From IMG/VR virus record IMGVR_UViG_3300044676_009542, positions 1-27,192 of that record: DNA of 27,192 nt; one strand, given 5' to 3'. The position numbers and the translations under genes were made by a program. Shown here in pieces: positions 17,002 through 25,425 of the stretch; the first letter of the stretch is position 1, and every line of letters starts with the position of its first letter. The notes beneath the pieces were generated by a model, which made no database searches, was not told the origin of the DNA, and worked only from the letters and a program-made list of their open reading frames with translations. This DNA comes from a virus (taxonomy: Duplodnaviria > Caudoviricetes).

Positions 17002-18069
17002 ATGCCAGCACGTAATCACAAAAAATGGTTAGAAAAACCACAAGTAGATTATATATCTAGTGAATGTTATAGTAGTAAAAAACTATATGAACAAGAGCTA
17101 GAACATATATTTTCTAAAGTATGGATACCTATGTGTCACACAAGTGAGTTACCTAATAAAGAAGATTTTAGGGCTATAGAAATAGCATTTAAAAAAGTAG
17201 TTGCAGTAAATCATGGTAATGAAATTAAAGTATATCTTAATCCTTACTTAAATGTAACTACAGGTACTGGTATAAATACTGAAGGTTTAATAGAATTACA
17301 TAGTGGTGTACAACATGGTGGGATGGTATGGGTAACTTTAAATGATAATCCTACTCAAAGTATAACTGAATGGACTGATGGTGCTTTTGATTGTATAGCT
17401 GATGCAATTGATACAGAAGAATTAGAAGTATTTCATTATCATAAAGCTATTATAGATACAAACTATAAACTATGGCACGATACTAATAGTGAGTTTTATC
17501 ATGACTATATGCACTATCATAATCGTGTAACAGGTTTTAATGAAGAATACTTTGCTCGTGAGAATATACCATTTAAAAATGGGCATGTTAATGTAAGTTC
17601 ATTTACAGTTAAGTATGAAGAATTTGAAGGTGGTAAAGATAGAGGTGAATTATCTTTTCCTACTCTTCCACCTAATCAATGGTATATGGTAGATTTATTT
17701 CCGGGATATAATTTTAATTTACGAGGAAGTGCTTATAGAAGTGATTCTATTACACCATTAGGACCAAATAAAGTTCTTATAGAATTTCGTGGATATGGTT
17801 TAAAGAAGGATACTAAAGAAGAACGTAAAATTAGAATTGCACATCATAATAGTATTTGGGGACCAATGGGTAGAAATCTTCACGAAGACCTACTTGGTGT
17901 TACAGGACAAGGTGCAAGTATGCAGGAAGAAACAGAAAGACGTAACATACTTCATGGTAGACAAGAAAATAATCGCATACACGATGAAGTAGGTATGCGT
18001 CATTATTATGCAGAGTGGGGTAAGTATTTAAATGTTGATCCAGTAAATCCTTTACAAGTAGAAGCTTAA
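17002..18069 (+). CDS. Aromatic ring-hydroxylating (Rieske) oxygenase alpha-subunit-like protein lacking the Rieske cluster ligands
   Basis: Y...LYEQELEHIFSKVW..CHTSELP N-terminus, GGMVWVTL, NYKLWHDTNSEFYHDYMH, LFPGYNF, PLGPNK, HEDL and DEVGMRHYY; no CxH...CxxH motif. Confidence 0.85.
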   Translation: MPARNHKKWLEKPQVDYISSECYSSKKLYEQELEHIFSKVWIPMCHTSELPNKEDFRAIEIAFKKVVAVNHGNEIKVYLNPYLNVTTGTGINTEGLIELHSGVQHGGMVWVTLNDNPTQSITEWTDGAFDCIADAIDTEELEVFHYHKAIIDTNYKLWHDTNSEFYHDYMHYHNRVTGFNEEYFARENIPFKNGHVNVSSFTVKYEEFEGGKDRGELSFPTLPPNQWYMVDLFPGYNFNLRGSAYRSDSITPLGPNKVLIEFRGYGLKKDTKEERKIRIAHHNSIWGPMGRNLHEDLLGVTGQGASMQEETERRNILHGRQENNRIHDEVGMRHYYAEWGKYLNVDPVNPLQVEA

Positions 18070-18073
18070 AATT

Positions 18074-18562
18074 ATGGACCCTGTTACAATTGGAGTAGCT
18101 TTAGCTGGTGCTAAAAAACTACTAGATATTTCTAGTAATATTAAAGATGTAGCAAGCTCAATAGAACATATACTTAATCTAACTGAAAAAGCAGAGAAAG
18201 CTGAGAAATTCAAAAAGAAAAATAAAAATGATACAAGTATTAAGTCTGTTATTAAAGATACAGTAACAGAACGTAATAATAGAACATTACTTCGTAATTT
18301 AGCAATTGATGTAGATGAGAAGTATGGTTTTGGTACATGGAATGCCATTGAAGAAGAACGAGAACGAAGATTAGTTATTGAAAAAGAAAATAAAATTAAA
18401 GCAGCTAAAGTAAAAAAACTTAAACAAAAAAAAGCTAAAGAACTTAATAATAAAATTTTACATTGGTTAGCTGAGTTAGGTAAATTAATTTTAGTTATAG
18501 CTTTATCAGGTGGGGCAGGATATTTTATATACATAAATCGTTGTGTTGACGGAGTATGTTAA
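18074..18562 (+). CDS. Coiled-coil protein with C-terminal transmembrane helix
   Basis: MDPVTIGVALAG N-terminus, KYGFGTWNAI, hydrophobic LILVIALSGGAGYFIYI. Confidence 0.7.
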   Translation: MDPVTIGVALAGAKKLLDISSNIKDVASSIEHILNLTEKAEKAEKFKKKNKNDTSIKSVIKDTVTERNNRTLLRNLAIDVDEKYGFGTWNAIEEERERRLVIEKENKIKAAKVKKLKQKKAKELNNKILHWLAELGKLILVIALSGGAGYFIYINRCVDGVC

Positions 18563-18563
18563 T

Positions 18564-18788
18564 TTGCAATATCAAATTGGTATATATAATAAAAATGTAA
18601 GAGACTGTATTAGAAGTGGGGATGATTGGAATAATCAATTAGGAATTTCTAATAAGTTTGAAGAAGTAAATTATTTTGAAATAATCGCTTCTTCAGATAA
18701 AGAAGTTGAACGAATAGCAGAAAAAAACTTTCCTAAAAAATTAGGTTATGTTTTAGATTTTGTTGAAAAAATGAAGGATACTAAATAA
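18564..18788 (+). CDS. Hypothetical protein (about 74 aa; probable TTG start at 18564)
   Basis: GGAG at 18551-18554 precedes an in-frame TTG just after the upstream stop; YQIGIYNKNVRD...YFEI...FPKKLGYV. Confidence 0.6.
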   Translation: MQYQIGIYNKNVRDCIRSGDDWNNQLGISNKFEEVNYFEIIASSDKEVERIAEKNFPKKLGYVLDFVEKMKDTK

Positions 18789-19130
18789 ATGGAATTTGGT
18801 GTAAGAGAATTAATTCAGTTTGGAACTTTATTAGCTTCTTTAGCTGGTGCATTTGCTGTAGTAAAATCTCAATTATCTAGAGTTATAAGAGATATAACTG
18901 TAATTGAAAAAACTCTTAATGAGATACACACACGTATAGATCAAGCAGATGCAGATCGTGCAGTTATACAGCATCAAAATAAAGTATTTGGTTCTATATT
19001 ATCTCCCTCTAAAATGGCTAGTTATAATAGAGAAGTTGCAGAAATTAAAACAGAATTAAAAGTAGTACACAAAAATTTAGATAAACTACATGGGATGCAC
19101 AATGGTAAACACCCTGCTGTGGAGAAATAA
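18789..19130 (+). CDS. Membrane-anchored coiled-coil protein (holin/lysis-associated candidate)
   Basis: N-terminal TM LIQFGTLLASLAGAFAVV followed by heptad pattern; AAGGA RBS. Confidence 0.55.
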   Translation: MEFGVRELIQFGTLLASLAGAFAVVKSQLSRVIRDITVIEKTLNEIHTRIDQADADRAVIQHQNKVFGSILSPSKMASYNREVAEIKTELKVVHKNLDKLHGMHNGKHPAVEK

Positions 19131-19134
19131 ACCA

Positions 19135-19311
19135 ATGAAAGAAAAAGTTATGACAGATGCAGCGGTTGCAGCCCCTGCACTTAGTTTACCTTGGTGGGTT
19201 CAAGCTTTTGAAGATTGGATGCAATTTGGTATTACAGTTATTACACTAACAGTTGTTACAATTAGATTAGTTTTTGTTTTACAAGAATGGTATAATAATA
19301 AAAAATCTTAA
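19135..19311 (+). CDS. Small membrane protein, holin candidate (58 aa; start re-called to 19135)
   Basis: GGAG at 19121-19124; hydrophobic FGITVITLTVVTIRLVFVL and basic C-terminus. Confidence 0.5.
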   Translation: MKEKVMTDAAVAAPALSLPWWVQAFEDWMQFGITVITLTVVTIRLVFVLQEWYNNKKS

Positions 19312-19325
19312 TATAAGGAAGAATT

Positions 19326-19865
19326 ATGTGGGCAATTATTAAAGATGAAAAAGTAGATCAAATTATTACAGGAACTAAAGGTGTTGAAATTGATGGTGTT
19401 CAACATCCAAAAAGTATTTTTACTTTATGGTCTAAGGAAGAATTATGTAAAATAGGAATTGTTCCTTATTTAACTGAAGATAATGGGGATAGTATTTTTC
19501 AATATCAAAGTGGTTATGCAGATACTATTAGTAGTGATGGTACTAAAGTTATAAAAACAATTCAATATACAGATAGAGAGTTAGCTGACTTAAAAACAGC
19601 ACATAAAGATGATACTAATTCTGAAGCTAATACATTATTAAATCCTACAGATTGGTATATAATTAAAAAAATTGAAACAGGTACTGATGTTCCTAGTTCT
19701 ATTACAACATATCGTTCTGCTGTTCGTACTTCTGCAAATAAAATTGAAACATTAATTAATGACTGTGATACCTTAGATAAGTTTAAAGCTTTATTTGTAG
19801 TTCCAACTGATTCTAATGGTAAAGCAACAGGAAAAGCTCCTATACGTGATTGGCCTGATTTATGA
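19326..19865 (+). CDS. Tail fibre assembly chaperone-like protein
   Basis: LLNPTDWY, YRSAVR and terminal WP motifs typical of Tfa-like fibre chaperones; lies between two fibre genes. Confidence 0.65.
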   Translation: MWAIIKDEKVDQIITGTKGVEIDGVQHPKSIFTLWSKEELCKIGIVPYLTEDNGDSIFQYQSGYADTISSDGTKVIKTIQYTDRELADLKTAHKDDTNSEANTLLNPTDWYIIKKIETGTDVPSSITTYRSAVRTSANKIETLINDCDTLDKFKALFVVPTDSNGKATGKAPIRDWPDL

Positions 19866-20317
19866 CATTATTTAGAAAAGCTTTAGTTAGCCTTTGTATA
19901 TTATTTATTATTTGTTTAAGTATAGTTTTTAATAGTAAAGCAGATACTAATGAAGGATTTAAAAAAGATCATATAGCAGGGGTAAACTATATTTGTTTTA
20001 CTAAAGAAGCTATTATGAAATTATCATCTTATGATGTTAATAATAAAATAGAATCTATAACTACAGCTAGAGCATTAGTAGCTTTAGGAAAATGTCAGTA
20101 CTTTAGTAATGGAATATTAATTAAAGTAAAAAAAGTTATACATGAATATACTGATTATAATAACTTTAAAGTACAGGTATTTTCATGTGTAAATCCAGCT
20201 GCAACAGAAAACAATAGTGTTGTTATTTATACAGCTGCTTATAAACAGCTAGCTAAAAATTTACCACTTTATAATAAAGATATAATAATAAATAAACCAG
20301 AAGAATTAAAAGTTTAA
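19862..20317 (+). CDS. Hypothetical exported protein
   Basis: Signal-peptide-like N-terminus (RK, hydrophobic core, SKA-D); ATGA overlap. Confidence 0.6.
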   Translation: MTLFRKALVSLCILFIICLSIVFNSKADTNEGFKKDHIAGVNYICFTKEAIMKLSSYDVNNKIESITTARALVALGKCQYFSNGILIKVKKVIHEYTDYNNFKVQVFSCVNPAATENNSVVIYTAAYKQLAKNLPLYNKDIIINKPEELKV

Positions 20318-20332
20318 TTAAGGAGTTACATA

Positions 20333-21271
20333 ATGGCATCAACATATTCCACTAACTTACGCTTTGAAAAACAAGCTGATGGAGAAAATCCTAATAGTTG
20401 GGGATTAATTTTAAATCAAAATGTTATTGATTTAGTTGATCAAGCAATTACATCATATACCACTGTAGCTTTAAATACTAACTCTACAACAGGTTATGCA
20501 TTAACTGCAAACAATGGTTCAGCAGATACTTCTCGTTCTGCTTTTTTAGAAATAACTGGAGCCGTATCTTCGAATGTAAGTATTACAATTCCTAGCTTAA
20601 CTAAAGGATATAGTATAAATAATAAAGCTACTCAAGCAGTTGCAGATAAAACTGTTATTATTAAAACTGCTGCTGGTACTGGTTATTCTATTCCTTATGG
20701 ATCAGCTATTCATATTCTTTGTGATTCTGTAAGTGTATATGCAGGAACAGATAGTGCAGGTTTAGGTCTAGGTACAGCAGCAGTTAGAAATATTGGAACA
20801 AGTGCAAGTGCTGTGCCTGATGTATCTATATCAGATGCTAAGTATGCTAAAATAGCTTTAGCAAATACACTCACAGGAGCAAACACATTTACGTCAACAG
20901 CTACATTTACAGGAGCAAACACATATACATCACTTAACTCTTTTGATAAACAAGTTATTTCTACAATTGTTACTCTTACAGATGCTGCTTCTGTAGCTTT
21001 AGATTTATCTACAGGTAATAATTTTCTTGTGCAATTAGGGGGTAATAGAACATTACAAAATCCTACCAATGTTAAAGTTGGTCAAGTAGGACAAGTATAT
21101 TTAGTTCAGGATGGAACAGGAAGTAGAACACTTTCTTATGGAAGTCAGTATAATTTTCAAAGTGGAACTGCTCCTACACTATCAACAAGTGTAAATTCTG
21201 TAGATATGTTAGTGTTTAGTGCACGAACAACAACTGCATTAGATTGTGTTCTTTTAAAAGCATTTAGTTAA
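20333..21271 (+). CDS. Second tail fibre / tail appendage protein
   Basis: MASTYS..L..QADGEN..SWG virion-anchor type N-terminus, LGLGTAA, TGANT(F/Y)T repeats, C-terminal domain paralogous to that of 14107-16260. Confidence 0.75.
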   Translation: MASTYSTNLRFEKQADGENPNSWGLILNQNVIDLVDQAITSYTTVALNTNSTTGYALTANNGSADTSRSAFLEITGAVSSNVSITIPSLTKGYSINNKATQAVADKTVIIKTAAGTGYSIPYGSAIHILCDSVSVYAGTDSAGLGLGTAAVRNIGTSASAVPDVSISDAKYAKIALANTLTGANTFTSTATFTGANTYTSLNSFDKQVISTIVTLTDAASVALDLSTGNNFLVQLGGNRTLQNPTNVKVGQVGQVYLVQDGTGSRTLSYGSQYNFQSGTAPTLSTSVNSVDMLVFSARTTTALDCVLLKAFS

Positions 21272-21280
21272 AGAGATAAA

Positions 21281-23104
21281 ATGGCATCAACAGATAGTGC
21301 ATTAATAAGTTTAAACTTTGCTCCGGGATTCCACCGAGAAGGTACTCGTTATACCGAAGAAGGTAAATGGTATGATGGAGATAAGATACGTTTTCGTGCA
21401 GGTAAACCTGAGAATATGCGTGGGTATGTAAAACGTGTTACTACAGCTTTTGATGGAAGTGCTAGAGATTTAAAAACTTGGTCTGACAATGATACTAAAA
21501 AACTAGCAGCCTTTGGAACAGAAAAGAAATTTTATGTATATGATGATACAGTTGGAAGTAATACAGATGTAACTCCTATTGTTTCTTCTACAACTTTTAC
21601 TAGTGTATTCTCTACTCAATCTGGTTCACAACTGGTAGAAATATCCTCTACTAATAATGGTAGATCAGTAGGTGATTATGTTCTTATTAGTTCTTCAACT
21701 ACAATTGGTGGTAATGTTGTTTTAGGAACTTCTGTTTATGCAGTTGTTAGTGTAAGCGGTGCTAATGAATTTTATATCCAAGCTTCTACAACTGCTGCTG
21801 GAACTTCTGCTGCTGTTGGTTTAGGTACAGGACAATTTCTTTTAGAAACTGGTGCATTAGCTGCTATTCAAGGTTTAGGTTATGGTGCTGGTGTATATAA
21901 TGCAGGTACTTCTACTACAGGAAGAAGAGCTTGGAATATAGCTGCCTCATCATCTGGGATTACATTTTTACCTACACAATGGTCTATTGATACATGGGGT
22001 GAAGATTTATTAATAAATAGGCGTGGTAGTCAAATATATTTTTGGGATAGAGACGCAGCAGCAACTCCACAACGTGCTGCTTTAGTTACTGCATCTCCTA
22101 CTGCAACTGATTCTATTCTTGTTTCTCCAAATGATAGACATGTAATTGCATTAGGAACTACTGGATTTGCTGCAGCTTATTCTCCTCTTCGGGTACGTTG
22201 GTCAGATCAAGAAGACTATGCAAACTGGACACCATCTGTATCATCAACATCAGGAGAAGTAGACCTAACAGATGGTACACGTATTGTTGGTGCAGTTCGT
22301 TCTAGAAATCAGATTAATATTTGGACTGATAAATCTTTATTTGGTATGACGTTTGTTGGTAGACCATTTATATTTCAGTTTAGACAATTAGGCTCTAACT
22401 GTGGATTAATAGGTCCACATGGTTGTGTAGACTTTGATGGTCGTACATTCTGGATGAGTCAAGATAATTTCTATATGTTTGATGGACAAGTTAAAAACTT
22501 ATACTCAACTGTTCGTAGATACGTATATGACAATATTAATGAGAGTCAATTTGATAAAGTTTATGCAGGAGTTAATAGTGAGTTTAAAGAAATAGTCTGG
22601 TTATATCCATCAAAAGAATCAACTGATTGTGATTCATATGTAATTTATAATCCAGATGAAAATCATTGGGTATATGGTACAGGTAAATTTACAACCTTTG
22701 AAGATAGAAATGTATTTAATAATACAATAACTACAAGCAATGATAGCTTCTTATATGATAATGAACCAGATGATATCTTTACTGCAGATGGTGTAACTAT
22801 TCCTAACTTTATTGAATCATCTGATTTTGATTTTGAAGAAGGTTTAGATATTATGTTTATTGATAGAATTATTCCTGATTATACTATTAATGATGGAACA
22901 ATTAATATGTTTATTACTACTAAACAATATCCTACTGGTCCTGAAACTATTAAAGGACCATTTACAATTAATGCAGAAACAAGAAAAGTTGATATACGTG
23001 GCAGGGGTAGACAAGCACGAGTAAGAGTATCTTGTAATTCACATAATACTTCATGGCGTTGGGGTTCAGTTAGATTGTCAGGTGCTAGAGATGGTAGAAG
23101 ATAA
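21281..23104 (+). CDS. Tail nozzle / P22 gp10-like DNA stabilization protein
   Basis: 607 aa beta-propeller-like; WYDGDKIRF, VRWSDQED, CGLIGP, C-terminal RGRGRQARVR; precedes ejection proteins. Confidence 0.75.
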   Translation: MASTDSALISLNFAPGFHREGTRYTEEGKWYDGDKIRFRAGKPENMRGYVKRVTTAFDGSARDLKTWSDNDTKKLAAFGTEKKFYVYDDTVGSNTDVTPIVSSTTFTSVFSTQSGSQLVEISSTNNGRSVGDYVLISSSTTIGGNVVLGTSVYAVVSVSGANEFYIQASTTAAGTSAAVGLGTGQFLLETGALAAIQGLGYGAGVYNAGTSTTGRRAWNIAASSSGITFLPTQWSIDTWGEDLLINRRGSQIYFWDRDAAATPQRAALVTASPTATDSILVSPNDRHVIALGTTGFAAAYSPLRVRWSDQEDYANWTPSVSSTSGEVDLTDGTRIVGAVRSRNQINIWTDKSLFGMTFVGRPFIFQFRQLGSNCGLIGPHGCVDFDGRTFWMSQDNFYMFDGQVKNLYSTVRRYVYDNINESQFDKVYAGVNSEFKEIVWLYPSKESTDCDSYVIYNPDENHWVYGTGKFTTFEDRNVFNNTITTSNDSFLYDNEPDDIFTADGVTIPNFIESSDFDFEEGLDIMFIDRIIPDYTINDGTINMFITTKQYPTGPETIKGPFTINAETRKVDIRGRGRQARVRVSCNSHNTSWRWGSVRLSGARDGRR

Positions 23105-23376
23105 TGCGTTATCCTGACTTATCTTATTATAAAAGACTTCCTACTCCTGAATTACAGAATATGTATAATGACTTACAGGAATGGGCAAGTAAGTTAGTTA
23201 TTGAATTAGATTTACGTGATCAAGAGGATACCTATAAACAGGCAAGGTATGTAAGAACTGCTGTTACTACTAGCGATATAGGCAGACCTGATGGTGGGGC
23301 TATAGTTTATAGTTTAGAAGCTGGTAAATATTATGGTTGGAATGCTAAAACATCTGCGTGGGATGCTTTTACTTAA
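23104..23376 (+). CDS. Hypothetical tail-module protein (90 aa)
   Basis: TAATG-coupled to the nozzle gene; N-terminal helix plus short beta C-terminus; possible tail plug. Confidence 0.65.
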   Translation: MRYPDLSYYKRLPTPELQNMYNDLQEWASKLVIELDLRDQEDTYKQARYVRTAVTTSDIGRPDGGAIVYSLEAGKYYGWNAKTSAWDAFT

Positions 23377-23600
23377 TGGATAAAATAGAAGAGTATTATA
23401 ACTTAATTAATGATAGTACATATATTCAAAATTTAAATTCAGGTACTATTGTTACAGATAAACAGTTAAGCGGTTTGGCTTTTAATACTGGTCCGTTGTA
23501 TAATAAACGACAGAATAAAGACTTTTCATCCCCTAGTGAATTTTATGCAGAGAATACTAAAGTACAATCAAATGTATTTAATACAAAGAATATAAAATAA
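23376..23600 (+). CDS. Hypothetical protein (74 aa; start re-called to ATG 23376)
   Basis: TAATG overlap gives an in-frame ATG. Confidence 0.6.
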   Translation: MDKIEEYYNLINDSTYIQNLNSGTIVTDKQLSGLAFNTGPLYNKRQNKDFSSPSEFYAENTKVQSNVFNTKNIK

Positions 23601-23618
23601 TAAGGAGTAGGTTTAGAT

Positions 23619-24974
23619 ATGGCAATGATGATTAACAGGCAAGCCCCGATGAGTGGGTTAGCCAGCTTAATGGCTTTAAAAGGAAGACAGGGGGATACTG
23701 AACTTGTTCATATGACTAAGCCTGAGATTAAAGGTTTAGCTTCTTTAGGTCAGCTTACTGTAAATCCTGATACTGGATTACCAGAAGCTTTTAATTTAAA
23801 ATCATTACTACCTACTGCAGCTGCTATAGCTGCCACAGCTGCTACAGGTGGTGCTGCTGCTCCATTATTTGCTGGAAGTAGTTTTATTATCCCTGCTGCA
23901 GCTGCTGGTTTAACTTCATATGCTGTTAATAGAGATGCAGGTGCTGCAGCTTTTGATGCTTTACTTGCAGGTGCAGGTGGATATTTACAAAGCTCATCTA
24001 TAAGTGCAGAGGCTGCAAAAGGATTAGCACCAAGTGCAACAGCAGCAGCTACAACAAATGCAGCAGCAGCTGCAAGAACTGCAGCAGCTACAGAAGCTGG
24101 ATTAACTGGTAGTCAAATGTTAGCTGCTTCTAAAACTCCAGCAACCACAAGTTTACTATCACAAGCAGCAGCAAAAGGAGCAAAAGCTGCACAAGTTCCT
24201 TTAACTCAAGCTATTCCTGAAGCATTAGGAACTACTGCAGGAACTAAACTTGTTGGAGATATTACAGCTGGTCAAGTCACACAAGCAGCTTTAGGTGCTA
24301 CCCCTACTTTAGCTGCAGGAGCATTAGGTATGCCTATGAGTGGTGCAGGAATGCTAGATCAAATGGCACAGGCAGGACAACTTCAAACTCCTGCAGCTAA
24401 GTCTGCACAATCAGCATATGGTACAAGGGCTGCTGAAGAAATTAAAATGACACCTCAAGCTCAAGAAGGTTTAACAACTGAGGATATTCGTAAGTCTGCA
24501 ATAGGTCAAAGTGATCCTCTTAAATTTTATCAGAATACTCAAAGTGCACAAGCCCCTGCAGGAGTATATGGTAGACAAAGTGGAGTAGTTGGTCAACGTA
24601 GTAATAATGCAAGAGGTTATGTACCTGCACAATCAGGTGGTGGTATCGAAGCTTTATATGATAGTATGGGTGGAGACTATCAACAGTTTAGTGGTTTAGT
24701 TGAAGGTGGAGATGTAAGATCAGATGGTATGTCAGATGATGTTATGTTTAAAGTAATGAAGGAAGAGAACGATGATCCTGATTATGCTTTACTTTCTCCT
24801 GATGAATATGTTCTTGATGCTCATACAGTAGCTGCATTAGGTAATGGAAGCACTGACTCAGGCACAGATAGACTTGATAATTTTGTAGCAAACATCAGGC
24901 AAAAAGCTTATACTAAAGGTGAACAGCCAAAAGAATTAAATGGCTTAAAGGAGTTAGCTTCACTTATGGGTTAA
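23619..24974 (+). CDS. Putative internal virion / ejection protein
   Basis: TAAGGAG RBS; N-domain GRQGDTELVHM...NPDTGLPEAF; Ala-rich hydrophobic middle; C-domain DGMSDD...ALLSPDEYVLDAHTVAALGNGSTDSG. Confidence 0.65.
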   Translation: MAMMINRQAPMSGLASLMALKGRQGDTELVHMTKPEIKGLASLGQLTVNPDTGLPEAFNLKSLLPTAAAIAATAATGGAAAPLFAGSSFIIPAAAAGLTSYAVNRDAGAAAFDALLAGAGGYLQSSSISAEAAKGLAPSATAAATTNAAAAARTAAATEAGLTGSQMLAASKTPATTSLLSQAAAKGAKAAQVPLTQAIPEALGTTAGTKLVGDITAGQVTQAALGATPTLAAGALGMPMSGAGMLDQMAQAGQLQTPAAKSAQSAYGTRAAEEIKMTPQAQEGLTTEDIRKSAIGQSDPLKFYQNTQSAQAPAGVYGRQSGVVGQRSNNARGYVPAQSGGGIEALYDSMGGDYQQFSGLVEGGDVRSDGMSDDVMFKVMKEENDDPDYALLSPDEYVLDAHTVAALGNGSTDSGTDRLDNFVANIRQKAYTKGEQPKELNGLKELASLMG

Positions 24975-24977
24975 CAT

Positions 24978-25424
24978 ATGATTGAGATTGTACGCTTATC
25001 TGAAAAAGATGCAACATATTATTGGAATGCTATAGAAGCATTAGTTGAAAAAGGATTAAATAAAACAGATAGAGAATACTCAGTTGAAGATTACAAAGAA
25101 TATATTGAGTGTGGATACTGGGAACTGTGGATTGTTATAGATACAGTTACAGCAGAGATTAAAGGTTTAGGTGTAACTGAGCTTATTGAATATCCAAATT
25201 TTAGTGAGTTGTTAGTTCGTTTAGTTACAGGTAAAGATGGTAAAGAATGGATAAATCTAACTACCTTAGAAAATACATTTGTAGATTATGCTACTAAAAA
25301 TAAATGTAAAAGATTAATAATGTATGGTCGTAAGGGATGGTTAAAAATTTTAAGTAAATTAAGCTGGACTAAAGGTTGTACAGTTATGATAAGAGATATT
25401 ATTACTACAGAGAAAGGAGAATAA
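24978..25424 (+). CDS. GNAT-fold-like ejection-module protein
   Basis: LWIV, GVTELIEYP, CKRLIMYGRKGWLKIL pattern; sits between ejection genes, as T7 gp13 does. Confidence 0.55.
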   Translation: MIEIVRLSEKDATYYWNAIEALVEKGLNKTDREYSVEDYKEYIECGYWELWIVIDTVTAEIKGLGVTELIEYPNFSELLVRLVTGKDGKEWINLTTLENTFVDYATKNKCKRLIMYGRKGWLKILSKLSWTKGCTVMIRDIITTEKGE

Positions 25425-25425
25425 C

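Noticed and set aside
17002-18069. Oxygenase as a pseudogene
   Set aside because: No frameshift or stop, the catalytic residues are retained and the missing segment is replaced in frame; kept as a CDS
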